64,000 bases of DNA from Longimicrobiales bacterium (GCA_963667485.2 CAXXDD010000001.1:913773-977772), one strand, 5' to 3'; positions 8,491 through 17,926 are shown, counted from the stretch's first letter. Notes: generated from the letters alone by a model not told the origin. Program-made: numbers and translations.

Positions 8491-11291
8491 GCCGCCAGCC
8501 TCTCGTTCAACTCGGCCAGCACGCCGTCCAGATCCTTGCCGAACGCGCGCCATGCGCCACCGAGCCCGCCCCACTGGTTGAACGGCACGTCCTCGAAGTC
8601 CTCCCGTTCTATCGCAAGACTGGAAGCGATATGGTCCTTGATTGCGTCCAGCCACCGCCGCTGCTCGGCGGCGAACTCGTGCCCTCCGCGCGCCTTCTCC
8701 TCCAGCCATGCCTGGTAGCGCGCCTCCACCTGCTCGGCCACGGGAACGAGCGCCTCCTCGGGCTTGATCGCGTGCCTCACGATGGCGACCAGATCGACGA
8801 GCGCATTCCCGCCCCTGCCCGTGACCTTCTCCGGCTCCAGCGCCTCGTAGAGCCGCCACAGACCGTTGGCCGGGTCGTGAAGGCTGACCGGCGGATTCCG
8901 CAGCGCGTCCCTGAGCTCCTTGACGTGGCGGTAGCGAAGCCCGGCCCGGTACGGCTGGCTGTACAGGATCCGGAGCGCCTCGATCTCGTCCTTGTTGTCT
9001 TCGACGAACCGCTGGAAGTCGTCCAGCTTCGAGCGCGCGCTCTCGACCGCCGCCTCGCTGTGCCCGAAGTCGAGCAACACGTCGATGGCCGCCTCGTCGA
9101 TGATCTGGTAGAGGCTCTGATGGATCTCGATGATCGCCTTCCTGAGCCCCGGCTTGGTGAACGGCTTGAGGGCCTCGGCCATGCGCTCGCGCTCCACGGC
9201 GTCCAATTGCTGCGAGGTCGGATCGTCGTCTTCGGCCAGCCCGTACCGCTCCACCGCCGCGTCGTGGGTCAGGTGCGGGTCGATGCTGTCGAGCAGAGTC
9301 CCGGTCAGCGCCGCCAAGCTCAGTCCGTCCGCCTCCTTCGCGATCCGCGCCGCCTGCGTCTCGTCCACCCGCCTTCCCAGGCGCGCCAGACGCGACGCGA
9401 GACTCGACACCAGATCCGCGTGCGCCATCCCCATCGCGGCGCTCTGAAGCAACTTCTTCAAGCTGGCCGAAGGCTTTCGCTCCAGAGGAGGCGATAGCGT
9501 CTTGTCGCGCTCGCAGACGCCGACCGCATCGACGATCACGAAATGGGTCTTGTGCTCCGCGTCCGGGGTGACCTTCCGTAGATCGCCCGGCTTGATGACG
9601 CGCACGCCCCGGCCCTTCATCTGCTCGAAGTAGCCGGCCGAATTCACGTTGCGCATGAAGAGCAGGCATTCGAGCGGCTTCACGTCGGTGCCCGTCGCGA
9701 TCATGTCCACGGTGACCGCGATGCGCGGATGGTAGGAGTTGCGGAAACTGCTGAGCCGGTCCTCCGGCGACGCGCCCGTCGTCTTCGAGGTGATCTTTCG
9801 GCAGAACTCGTTGCCCTTGCCGAACTCCTCCTTGAGGATCTTCACGATGTCGTCGGCGTGGCTGTCGTTCTTCGCGAACACGAGCGTCTTGGGGACTTCC
9901 TTTCGGCCTGGGAAGATCTTCGTGAACAGATGGTCGCGGAAGGTGCGCGCGACGAGCCGGATCTGGTCCGGGGCAACCACGTCGCGGTCGAGTTGGTTCG
10001 CCGTGTACGTGAGGTCGGCCCCGAGCTCCGCGTGCGTCGTCTTGCGGGTCCGCCGGTCGCGCCGGGGCACGTACGCGTCGGCCTCGGCCAGCACGGCTCC
10101 GCCCTCCTCGGAGATTTTCGTCTTGATGCGGTAGATGTCGTAGCCGACGTTGATCCCGTCCGCCACCGCCCTGGTGTGCGAGTAGTCCTGCACGACGTTG
10201 TTGCGGAAGAACCCGATGGTCTGCGGACTCGGGGTCGCGGTCAGGCCGATGAGGAAAGCGTCGAAGTACTCGACGACCTGCCGCCAGACGTTGTAGATCG
10301 AGCGGTGGCACTCGTCGATGACGATGAAGTCGAAGTGCTCGATCGGGAGACCCGGCGTGTATTCGACCGGAACGGGCTCGCCGCCGAGCGGGCCGCTTGA
10401 CTCGAACAGCGACTCGTCTTCGTTGGCGGGGTCGTACTCGGGATCGCCCTTCAGCATCGAATAGAGGCGCTGGATGGTCGTGATGACCACCTTGCTGGAT
10501 ACCTTGATCGCGTTGCCGCGCAGCCGTTGGACCACGAACTCGTCGGCGAAGGCGTACGCGGAGCCGGTATCCCGGAACTCCTGGAACTCTCTCAAGGTCT
10601 GTTTGCCGAGGTTGTTGCGGTCCACGAGGAAGAGGATGCGCTCGGCCTTGGCGTGCTTGATGAGCCGGTGGCAGGCCGTGACCGACGTGAACGTCTTCCC
10701 GCTGCCCGTCGCCATCTGGATGAGGGCGCGTGGGCGGCCGTGGGCCAGCGACCGTTCAAGCTCCTGGATCGCCTCGTACTGCACGTCCCATAGGCGCCCC
10801 TTGGGGAGCTCCGGCATCTCTCGGAGCAAACCGCGCAACTGTGCCGGACCGAGGCCTTGCAGCCGCAGTAGTTCCTCCGGCCGGTGGAATGTAAAGATCT
10901 CCCGGCTGCGCGGTTCCGGATCGAGTCCGTTGGTGAACTGCGTGACCTCGCCGGTGGACTCGTAGGCGAACGGGAGCGGGCGGTTCCAGGCCGGGACCCA
11001 CTTGTCCAGTCCCTCCGTGTACTTCTCGGATTGCGTCAACACGCCCTGAAGCGTGTGCCCGGCGGGTTTGGCCTCGATCACGCCGATGGCCCGTCCGTCG
11101 GCGTAGAGCAGATAGTCGGCAAAGCCGGACTTGATCTCCGCGCCCTGCTTCCACTTCAGCGGATACTCCCGAACGGCCACGCCGCGCGCCGTGTGGATGT
11201 CCATGGACGCGAAGTCCTGAACCGCCCACCCGCAGGCATCGAGTTGCCCGTCGATCTTCTCGCGGGCTCGCTGTTCGGGCGTCAGGGGCAC
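8487..11291 (-). CDS. hsdR: Type I restriction enzyme, R (helicase/endonuclease) subunit
   Basis: The N-terminus reads EQRAREKIDGQLDACGW..FADYLLY..IGVIEAKP (a nuclease motif). Helicase motifs are MATGSGKT, a DEAH-like VIDECHRS and LTATP. It has a GTG start. Confidence 0.9.
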   Translation of the reverse strand: MPLTPEQRAREKIDGQLDACGWAVQDFASMDIHTARGVAVREYPLKWKQGAEIKSGFADYLLYADGRAIGVIEAKPAGHTLQGVLTQSEKYTEGLDKWVPAWNRPLPFAYESTGEVTQFTNGLDPEPRSREIFTFHRPEELLRLQGLGPAQLRGLLREMPELPKGRLWDVQYEAIQELERSLAHGRPRALIQMATGSGKTFTSVTACHRLIKHAKAERILFLVDRNNLGKQTLREFQEFRDTGSAYAFADEFVVQRLRGNAIKVSSKVVITTIQRLYSMLKGDPEYDPANEDESLFESSGPLGGEPVPVEYTPGLPIEHFDFIVIDECHRSIYNVWRQVVEYFDAFLIGLTATPSPQTIGFFRNNVVQDYSHTRAVADGINVGYDIYRIKTKISEEGGAVLAEADAYVPRRDRRTRKTTHAELGADLTYTANQLDRDVVAPDQIRLVARTFRDHLFTKIFPGRKEVPKTLVFAKNDSHADDIVKILKEEFGKGNEFCRKITSKTTGASPEDRLSSFRNSYHPRIAVTVDMIATGTDVKPLECLLFMRNVNSAGYFEQMKGRGVRVIKPGDLRKVTPDAEHKTHFVIVDAVGVCERDKTLSPPLERKPSASLKKLLQSAAMGMAHADLVSSLASRLARLGRRVDETQAARIAKEADGLSLAALTGTLLDSIDPHLTHDAAVERYGLAEDDDPTSQQLDAVERERMAEALKPFTKPGLRKAIIEIHQSLYQIIDEAAIDVLLDFGHSEAAVESARSKLDDFQRFVEDNKDEIEALRILYSQPYRAGLRYRHVKELRDALRNPPVSLHDPANGLWRLYEALEPEKVTGRGGNALVDLVAIVRHAIKPEEALVPVAEQVEARYQAWLEEKARGGHEFAAEQRRWLDAIKDHIASSLAIEREDFEDVPFNQWGGLGGAWRAFGKDLDGVLAELNERLAA

Positions 11292-11328
11292 GGTCGCATG
11301 TTCCAGTTCGAGTGCGGGGCGCGTTGCG

Positions 11329-11616
11329 TCAGGCCACCGCGAAGCGCTCGACGGCGATCTCCCCGGCGCGGCCTCGGGCCTGCCACAGATCGTACGCCAT
11401 CTGCATCCCGAGCCAGACTTCCGGCGTCGAGCCGAAGGCCTTCGACAGCCGGAGCGCCATCTCGACCGAGACCCCGGTGTGCCCGTTCAACAACTCCGAT
11501 AGCGCCTGCCGGCTGACGCCCAACCCCTCGGCGGCCCGCGTCACGGTCAGCCCCAACGGTTCGAGGCACTGCCGCCTCACGATGCCGCCCGGATGCGGCG
11601 GGTCGTGCATGGCCAT
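11329..11616 (-). CDS. higA: HigA-family antitoxin (XRE HTH)
   Basis: MAMHDPPHPGGIVRRQCLEPLGLTVTRAAEGLGVSRQALSELLNG...EVWLGMQMAYDLW is the typical HigA pattern. Confidence 0.85.
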   Translation of the reverse strand: MAMHDPPHPGGIVRRQCLEPLGLTVTRAAEGLGVSRQALSELLNGHTGVSVEMALRLSKAFGSTPEVWLGMQMAYDLWQARGRAGEIAVERFAVA

Positions 11617-11632
11617 GATCTTCGCTTCTCCT

Positions 11633-11915
11633 TCAATGGTAGTCCACGTAGTCGGCATCGGCCGCCGCGCCGTCCTCGAACCGGAAGGTAACCCGACAGT
11701 TGCCGGACACCGACACCGCGTAATGTCCCTTCAGCCGCCCCCTTGAGCGCGTGCAGCCGGAAGCCCGGAAGGTCCATGCCCTCCGACCCCCGGCTCAAGT
11801 CGAGCGCCGCCAGGATGTCCCGCAGCTTCGCCACATGCTCCGGCGCGACCCGCCGCGCCGTCCGGCCCTCGTAGAGCGCCTTCAGGCCACGGTGGCGGAA
11901 CGATGCGATCATCAT
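11633..11915 (-). pseudogene. higB: HigB (RelE/ParE-fold) toxin interrupted by a 1-nt frameshift in a C5/G5 run (11738-11742)
   Basis: The N-terminal 59 aa read MMIASFRHRGLKALYEGR...DLPGFRLHALKG. After removing one G, the frame reads RLKGHYAVSVSGNCRVTFRFEDGAAADADYVDYH-stop, the canonical HigB C-terminus. The span is 283 nt, which is 3n+1. Confidence 0.8.
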
Positions 11916-12066
11916 CGAAGTCTAGGCTGTCGCCCGCCGGACGACAACCGGCGACGCCTGGCAGCAGGCTGGAATCGGAGCGAACTTGACAAAGAGCCCG
12001 TGCGTAACCGCAAGTTGTTGGTGGACAACGACAAGACTTGGCCACACTTCGAGCGTGGAGAGCGAC

Positions 12067-12396
12067 ATGACCAAAGCCGATCTCGTTGCACAGGCCGCCG
12101 TTGTGGTCGGCCCGAGGGTTACCAAGAAGGACTGCGGGCTAGTGGTGGACGCTTTTCTCGACGCCGTGAAGGACGCGCTCGCACGGGGAGAGGGCATCGA
12201 GATCCGGGGATTCGGGACGTTCAAGGGGCGGCACCGCAAGGCCCGCGCCGCCCGCAACCCCAGGACCGGCGAACCGGTCGAAGTTGCCGCCTGCGCCGTG
12301 CCGGTGTTCCAGCCATCGAGACTCCTCCGCGACCGCGTGGCCCGGGGGCAGGGCTCCACGCCCACCGAGGGCCATCGGATTCTACTAAGCGGCTAG
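12067..12396 (+). CDS. HU/IHF-family DNA-binding protein
   Basis: MTKADLVAQAA...VDAFLDAVKDALARGEGIEIRGFGTFKGRHRKARAARNPRTGEPVEV is the HU/IHF beta-arm motif. GGAG lies upstream of ATG 12067. Confidence 0.85.
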   Translation: MTKADLVAQAAVVVGPRVTKKDCGLVVDAFLDAVKDALARGEGIEIRGFGTFKGRHRKARAARNPRTGEPVEVAACAVPVFQPSRLLRDRVARGQGSTPTEGHRILLSG

Positions 12397-15300
12397 CAGT
12401 CGTCAGTGTCGCGCCGGGAGTAGCCGTGTTTGATAGCCACTTGAACGAGAGCTTCCCGCTTTTCGGACGGTGCCCATCGGAGAGGAGCCAGATGCGCGTC
12501 CTTCGGTGCATGGCGGCGCAGGAGCACGGCGTATAGATCAGGATCGCCGACGACAAGATACCGAAACAACGTCGGGTTGGCGTCCTCCGGGATCGCGCTG
12601 ATCAAGTCTCGGCGATCTTCCAGGTCCAGACTGGCGCTCGCGGTGGAAAGCAATCCTTCGTCCAGCGAAGGTTCCTTGAGGCGTTGGTTGAAGCGAGCCT
12701 GCCATTCCGCAATGGTCAGGTTGGACGAGCCGGCGTCGGAAGCCAAATGCCGCCTTCTTCTGCGGACAGAACTCGCTCGGGCCTCCGACAGGATCCAAGC
12801 ACGCGCGATGCCCGCATTCGCGCGCAACACCTCAGACATCAACCGGTCGTTGCGCCAGGTCACAACGGCGTCCTCCCAAGCAGGGCCAAGCCGTCCACCC
12901 GGTCGGCGCTTTCCGTTGGCTGCCCAGATGCCGCCCGCAACAGCCCCGCGGACGGTTGGTTCCGGATGCCGCAGGAGGCGGTGCTTCCATTCGCGGGCTA
13001 CAGTGTTCCAGTCGATCGAGTGAGACAGCATATCCTCGGCCCAGCCTTGCACCTGCTGCATGATGCGATCGACGATCGCTGCGGGGAGCCCGGCAAAGCA
13101 CAAACCAACACGCACACACGGCACTGTGTATCGGTCATCCCTTGCAACGGCTTCCCAAGCCCGTTCGCTCGCTGCCGGGATCACGGCAGCGGCTTCCAGA
13201 AACGGACCGACCCACGCCGGCGGCGCTTCGCGATCCACCAGTTCTTCGAGCCACGGCCCTGGGTCGTTTACGCGCTGAGCAAGATGCATGGGAATGTGTT
13301 CCAGCACGCCTGGGTAGTTGTGCCCCATCAGTTCTCGTTGGCGTTCGTAGTGCATCAGGCGCGTGACCACAGCCGCTGGCCCTTCGGGTCGCCATTTCCG
13401 ACCAAATACGCGCGCGGCCGCATCGAGTGGACCTCGAGACCAGTTCCGCGAATCGAGTTCTGCCGGGTTGGGGAACAGCTGGCACAGAGTTGCATCACCG
13501 ACCTCAGGCAGCCTCACTTCCAGTCGGCGCTCGGTCGCGAGCCTATGCGCCCAGAGCAGGATGCCGGGTTCGTTTCCGGCCAGGTCGAGAACTGTGGGCA
13601 ACACCCGTCGGACCAGGTCGCGCGCCGCGAGCTTGGTCTCGTCCAACTCCTTGCCTGCGCGGGGTCCGATGAGCCAGTCGTGGACCACGTTCCGCGCACA
13701 AGACACGCCGGATCGGCCCAGACCGCGAAAAACAGGCAGCGCCAAGGCCCAGAGATCTTCAATCTCCCGGACTTCGGACGCCGAAAGCGAGCCGAAACCA
13801 ATTGAGATCTTGGTGATCTCTATCGGATCATCGCGCCACGTCTCGAAGGACAACGAGAAGGCAGCAGCGAGGAGTTCGGTTACCACCTCTCGACTTGCTT
13901 GGTTCAAATCAACGCTGGCGGTCCGTTCGGCCAGTGCGCGCACAAGGAACTCGCGGCGGTCCACGGCGTCACCGCCTGGCTGGCTGGCCAGGATCCATGT
14001 GCGGATCGATTTGGTAAGGGCATCGGCCTCGCCTGGATGGTCAAGAGCTCTGGAAACGAGTTCTCCCAGAAACCGGTCGGGCGCCTGTCTGAGCGCCGCG
14101 CCGGATATCAGAACCGTCCGGTCCGGATGTTTGTCCAGAATCCAGCTTGCTGCTTCTGCACCTGTGCGTGCGTACGATGACCACAGGGTGCTCCCGACGT
14201 GGGGGCTCTCCTGCTTCCTCAACCGCGTTCTTATCAAGTCATGTAGCTGCCTCTGGGTCTCATGGCCCAGCGATGGTCCCCCCCTCGCGAGTACGTCGAT
14301 CAGCGTCTCGGTACACGCTGCGGCATCTTGTACGCGGTCAATCGCCGGTTCAAGTGTCAGGCTGGATGCGCCCGAGAAGAAAGTGCGCTTCACGAGGGCA
14401 TGCCTCAGATGCCAGGGATGGATCGCAGCGGCGCCCCCTCGAATGTCGCGCAGGATACCGGTGCCGGATGCTTGCAGCAGAGATTGCCGCACGTTCGTTT
14501 CAGCCGTGTGCAACGCTTGAGCCGCCGCAGCAAGTCTCATGCCAGCGGTCCCCCCCAGCGCGAAGGCCGCCAGATGATCGAGCTCTGATCCGGCCAGCCG
14601 GGCGTCCTTCTTCACTTCGGAGAGCAACAGCTTGCCCGTGGCCAGATCGGCAAGGTCGCCCAGGCTGGCGTATCGGGCCAAAGTGACCGCCAGTCCCGGC
14701 CGAACATGCCCGCCCTGGTGGTATTCCGCAGTCAGTGGATCATCGGTCGGCACGTTGTCGACGCTCTGGTTGAGGATCTCGCCAACCAGATGGTCGGAGA
14801 ATCCGGGATGCACTTGCCGTACGATCTTTTCTGCCGTCTCTCGGTCGAGTCCTCTCACTGGCAAGACTCCTTCCGGCGGGCAATGAATTTCCCGCCTTAC
14901 TTCTCCTTCGCGGCTGGGCCAGGTTGTGGCGACGATCGAAAACTCCGCACCGATCTCGGCGCGCAGCCGGGTCAGGCTAAGGATGAGCGAGTCGCTCAGG
15001 TGGGCATCGTCTATGAAGATTCGGGGCGGGCGCTGCGCTCGATACGCGTCGGCGATCCGCCGCATGTTGCCGGGGGCCACGACCATCGCGCCCCCGGTGC
15101 AGCTCACGATCGAAAAAAGGCCGCCGCCCTCCCCAGCGAGCGCTTCGAGGAGCGCCGTTTTCCCGACCCCGGGTTGTCCGACGACGACAACGTCTCCGCT
15201 GGCTCGGCGGAGCCAGCCCATTTCCCGCTCTCGGCCCACGAGGTCGAGCGTCAGGCGAGATCCGGCCTTGCCTGGTAGAGCGGAGAGGGCTGGCGGGTCG

Positions 15301-15740
15301 CCGGTCAGGCCGAGGAGTTGCTTGCGCCACATCGAGTCCCGATACAAACGACCCACGAAGTCGTGGCGGTCATGGATGTTCCGGAGCGTGAAGCCGAGTT
15401 CGCGGGCGCGCTTCTCAAGATTGCGGCGCTTGGGTGGAGTGAGTGATCGAGGTGTGGCCAGGACCGCCTCGCGTGCCGACCCGCCGGTCCGCCCATAAGA
15501 ACTCAGGTTTCGTTTGAGGTTGCCCAGAACGTCCTCGCTGGTTGTGGCGATCAGGGGGAGGGGCGATCCCGTCCTAATCGAAATCGAACCGTCCATGCCA
15601 CCGTCGTGCCCGCCCGTGATCGGCACGATCCCCGGATAAACGTCCCGCAACAAATCCACGGCGCATCGTTCGAAGAGATCCGCATCAAGCCGCTCGCCCA
15701 AGCCCTCTTCTATGCTGCGGTACAGCGGATCCCTGACCAT
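12393..15740 (-). CDS. Large (1115 aa) protein: Mrr/PD-(D/E)xK-like N-terminus + P-loop NTPase + about 750-aa alpha-helical C-terminus (STAND/Avs-like architecture)
   Basis: The N-terminus reads LFERCAVDLLRDVYPGIVPITGGHDGGMDGS (Mrr-cat-like FE...DGGxDG). It has Walker A VVVVGQPGVGKTALL and Walker B PRIFIDDAH. The remainder is Leu/Ala/Arg-rich with no recognisable enzymatic motif. Confidence 0.65.
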   Translation of the reverse strand: MVRDPLYRSIEEGLGERLDADLFERCAVDLLRDVYPGIVPITGGHDGGMDGSISIRTGSPLPLIATTSEDVLGNLKRNLSSYGRTGGSAREAVLATPRSLTPPKRRNLEKRARELGFTLRNIHDRHDFVGRLYRDSMWRKQLLGLTGDPPALSALPGKAGSRLTLDLVGREREMGWLRRASGDVVVVGQPGVGKTALLEALAGEGGGLFSIVSCTGGAMVVAPGNMRRIADAYRAQRPPRIFIDDAHLSDSLILSLTRLRAEIGAEFSIVATTWPSREGEVRREIHCPPEGVLPVRGLDRETAEKIVRQVHPGFSDHLVGEILNQSVDNVPTDDPLTAEYHQGGHVRPGLAVTLARYASLGDLADLATGKLLLSEVKKDARLAGSELDHLAAFALGGTAGMRLAAAAQALHTAETNVRQSLLQASGTGILRDIRGGAAAIHPWHLRHALVKRTFFSGASSLTLEPAIDRVQDAAACTETLIDVLARGGPSLGHETQRQLHDLIRTRLRKQESPHVGSTLWSSYARTGAEAASWILDKHPDRTVLISGAALRQAPDRFLGELVSRALDHPGEADALTKSIRTWILASQPGGDAVDRREFLVRALAERTASVDLNQASREVVTELLAAAFSLSFETWRDDPIEITKISIGFGSLSASEVREIEDLWALALPVFRGLGRSGVSCARNVVHDWLIGPRAGKELDETKLAARDLVRRVLPTVLDLAGNEPGILLWAHRLATERRLEVRLPEVGDATLCQLFPNPAELDSRNWSRGPLDAAARVFGRKWRPEGPAAVVTRLMHYERQRELMGHNYPGVLEHIPMHLAQRVNDPGPWLEELVDREAPPAWVGPFLEAAAVIPAASERAWEAVARDDRYTVPCVRVGLCFAGLPAAIVDRIMQQVQGWAEDMLSHSIDWNTVAREWKHRLLRHPEPTVRGAVAGGIWAANGKRRPGGRLGPAWEDAVVTWRNDRLMSEVLRANAGIARAWILSEARASSVRRRRRHLASDAGSSNLTIAEWQARFNQRLKEPSLDEGLLSTASASLDLEDRRDLISAIPEDANPTLFRYLVVGDPDLYAVLLRRHAPKDAHLAPLRWAPSEKREALVQVAIKHGYSRRDTDDC

Positions 15741-15889
15741 CCTCAGCCTCCGATCAGCCAGGCCAGCAGGCCGGTTGGAACCGCAACGAGTTCGGGATCG
15801 TTCAAGTCCAACGCACTTCGTGTGGCCATTACTCCGCGCCGTCTTGACGCGGCCAAGGTGCGTTGTCCGCCGATCTCGGCGACGCAGTA

Positions 15890-17585
15890 GCCCGCATTTC
15901 TCACACAGGCCAGTCAGAGGCCTGAGGGGAGGGGTTGAGGGTGTGACCGGGGGTGGCCAAGCGTGTCGGAGTGAGGGACAGCAGGTCCCTGGCGGGTTTT
16001 TCGAAGCAGCGAACGAAGAGATTGACGGGCTGAAGAGGCCCTGATTGGTTCCAGGACGCAGTGGTCCTTGGAACGTGGTGGCTGGGAGGGTGCTCGGGAG
16101 CGGCCGGGGAGCCTACCCCGGTAGTCGAGCGTGGACCCGTGCGAAGGCTGCGGCGGAGGGGTGCGCGGAGTCCATGGCGACCTTGACCCGGCGAACCGAG
16201 ACCATGACGCGGGCACCGATCTTGAGGAGCCTGAGCCGGAGCGTTCCCGCGGTGGCGCGGGCGAGCGGGGTGCCGTGAAGCGCTTGCCTGATGGCATCGA
16301 AGAGGATCGACGCGAAGGCGGAGAAGAGGAGCCGGAGCTGGTTGGCGGCGAAGCAGGTGGCCGAGGTCCGGTCGGAGAAGAGATCGAGCTGCTGCTCCTT
16401 GATCGTGTTCTCCATGTTGCCCCGTGCGCAGTAGAGGCGCTCGTACACGGTCCGCGCCGAGAAGGTGTCGGCGGGCAGCGAAGTGACCACGAAGCGGGGG
16501 TTCGCCTTGTCCGCCAGATGCTCGGCCTTCGCCACGACGCGGCGCTTACAGGACCAACTGGTGAGGGTGGCGTAGGGGAACTCCGTGAACCGGCGGGCCG
16601 GCCGGCCTTTCTTCTCCGCTTCGGCCGCGGCGTCGTCGAGTAGCCATACGATGCGCTCGACGAGCCGCGAGTTCCTTGCCAGCCCGATGACATAGTCCAC
16701 GTCGTTGTCCTTGCACCACGCCATCAGTTCCTCGCGAGCATACGCGGAATCGGCACGGAGCAGGATCTTCAGCCAGGGCCACTCCTGGCGGAGCCGGGCG
16801 ACGATGCGGCCGAGCGGTCCGGTCACCCCTCCGGCCGGGTCGGCGTTGCCCGGCCTGAGCTGTGCGAAGAGCGGGCGTCCGCCACAGGTGATGTACAGCG
16901 GCAGGAAGCAGTAGTGGTTGTAGTAGCCGTGGTAGAACCGGCCCTCCTGGCTGCCGTGCACCGCAACGTCGGTCGAGTCGATGTCCACCACCAGCCGCGA
17001 CGGGGGCAGGCCCTGCCAGGAGTCGATGAACGACTCGACCAGCACGTCCTGAAGCTTCTCGGGGTCGTGGTCGATCTTGGCGTAGCGGCTCGGCTTGCCA
17101 CCGGCAGGTGCGTGCTCGAGCCGGCTCAGCGTGCTCTTGCCCGCCAGTGGTGCACACCCTTTCCGGCGTGCCTCGAGCTTGCCCGACAGCAGTGCCAGCA
17201 GCGGGTCGCGCCGCAGGTCGTCGTGGTCGTTGAGGTCGTCGTACCCCAGGGCAATGCCGGCGATGCGCTGTGCCACCAGTGTCCGCACCGAATGTTCCGT
17301 AAGGCGCGGATCGCGGTGGTCCGTGAAGCCTGCGGCAACCCGGTCGAAGAGCCCGGTGGAACGGTCCGCCTGGCGAAGGAGCAGCGCCCCGCCGTTCGAA
17401 GTGATCGATCCGCCGTCGAACGCGGCGGTCACCCTGCGGCCTTGGCACCCTTGAAATGCGAACGAAAGCGGTTTACACTGTGTCAGCATCGGTCCTCCTT
17501 GGGGAATCATGTCAAGTTCATGCCCTACATAAACTTAACACCCCTCGGAGGCCGGTGCTCTCTTATAGGTGTGAGAAATCCGGGC
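15890..17585 (-). mobile_element. IS1380-family insertion sequence (about 1.7 kb) with 17-bp terminal inverted repeats
   Basis: IRL is gcccgcatttctcacac (15890-15906). IRR is gtgtgagaaatccgggc (17569-17585), which matches 16/17 as a reverse complement. The repeats enclose a single DDE transposase gene. Exact ends and the target duplication are uncertain by 1-2 nt. Confidence 0.8.
16113..17489 (-). CDS. IS1380-family DDE transposase
   Basis: MLTQCKPLSFAFQGCQGRRVTAAFDGGSITSNGGALLLRQADR...LGYDDLNDHDDLR is the typical IS1380 N-terminus. AAGGAGG lies 4 nt upstream of ATG 17489. Confidence 0.88.
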   Translation of the reverse strand: MLTQCKPLSFAFQGCQGRRVTAAFDGGSITSNGGALLLRQADRSTGLFDRVAAGFTDHRDPRLTEHSVRTLVAQRIAGIALGYDDLNDHDDLRRDPLLALLSGKLEARRKGCAPLAGKSTLSRLEHAPAGGKPSRYAKIDHDPEKLQDVLVESFIDSWQGLPPSRLVVDIDSTDVAVHGSQEGRFYHGYYNHYCFLPLYITCGGRPLFAQLRPGNADPAGGVTGPLGRIVARLRQEWPWLKILLRADSAYAREELMAWCKDNDVDYVIGLARNSRLVERIVWLLDDAAAEAEKKGRPARRFTEFPYATLTSWSCKRRVVAKAEHLADKANPRFVVTSLPADTFSARTVYERLYCARGNMENTIKEQQLDLFSDRTSATCFAANQLRLLFSAFASILFDAIRQALHGTPLARATAGTLRLRLLKIGARVMVSVRRVKVAMDSAHPSAAAFARVHARLPG

Positions 17586-17926
17586 TAGGGCGTCACATGA
17601 TTGTGGTTCATGCCTGCAATGTAGCAGGTGGCCCGGCACCGGTCTTGCGCCCACAAGGAGTGCCAATCGCCTGCGGGCGCGGGTTCAGCAGGTCGGCGCG
17701 GTCATATCGTGGAACTACGATTTCCGCTCACCCGAGGAGCGGTAGACGTTACCGAGTAGAGAGATCGTCAATCGGCCTTGGCATGGCCGGGTTCCGCACG
17801 TTCGCGGCGGTGTCTTCTTGTCCGCGAGGTACCGCGGCAGCAACGGCTGAGATTTCCCGCCATTCAATAGCGGTTTTCTCGCTACTCGCAGTGGTCGGAG
17901 TCCGGCGCGGCCCAACGGCAGGAAAC

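Noticed and set aside
6973-10311. A 1112-aa ORF on the minus strand, the longest entry in this region of the track.
   Set aside because: Only its last 505 codons (6973-8490, from MSALPTGW) are HsdS. The upstream two-thirds is an Arg/Gly/Pro-rich alternative frame lying over hsdR (8487-11291), which has clear helicase motifs in its own frame.
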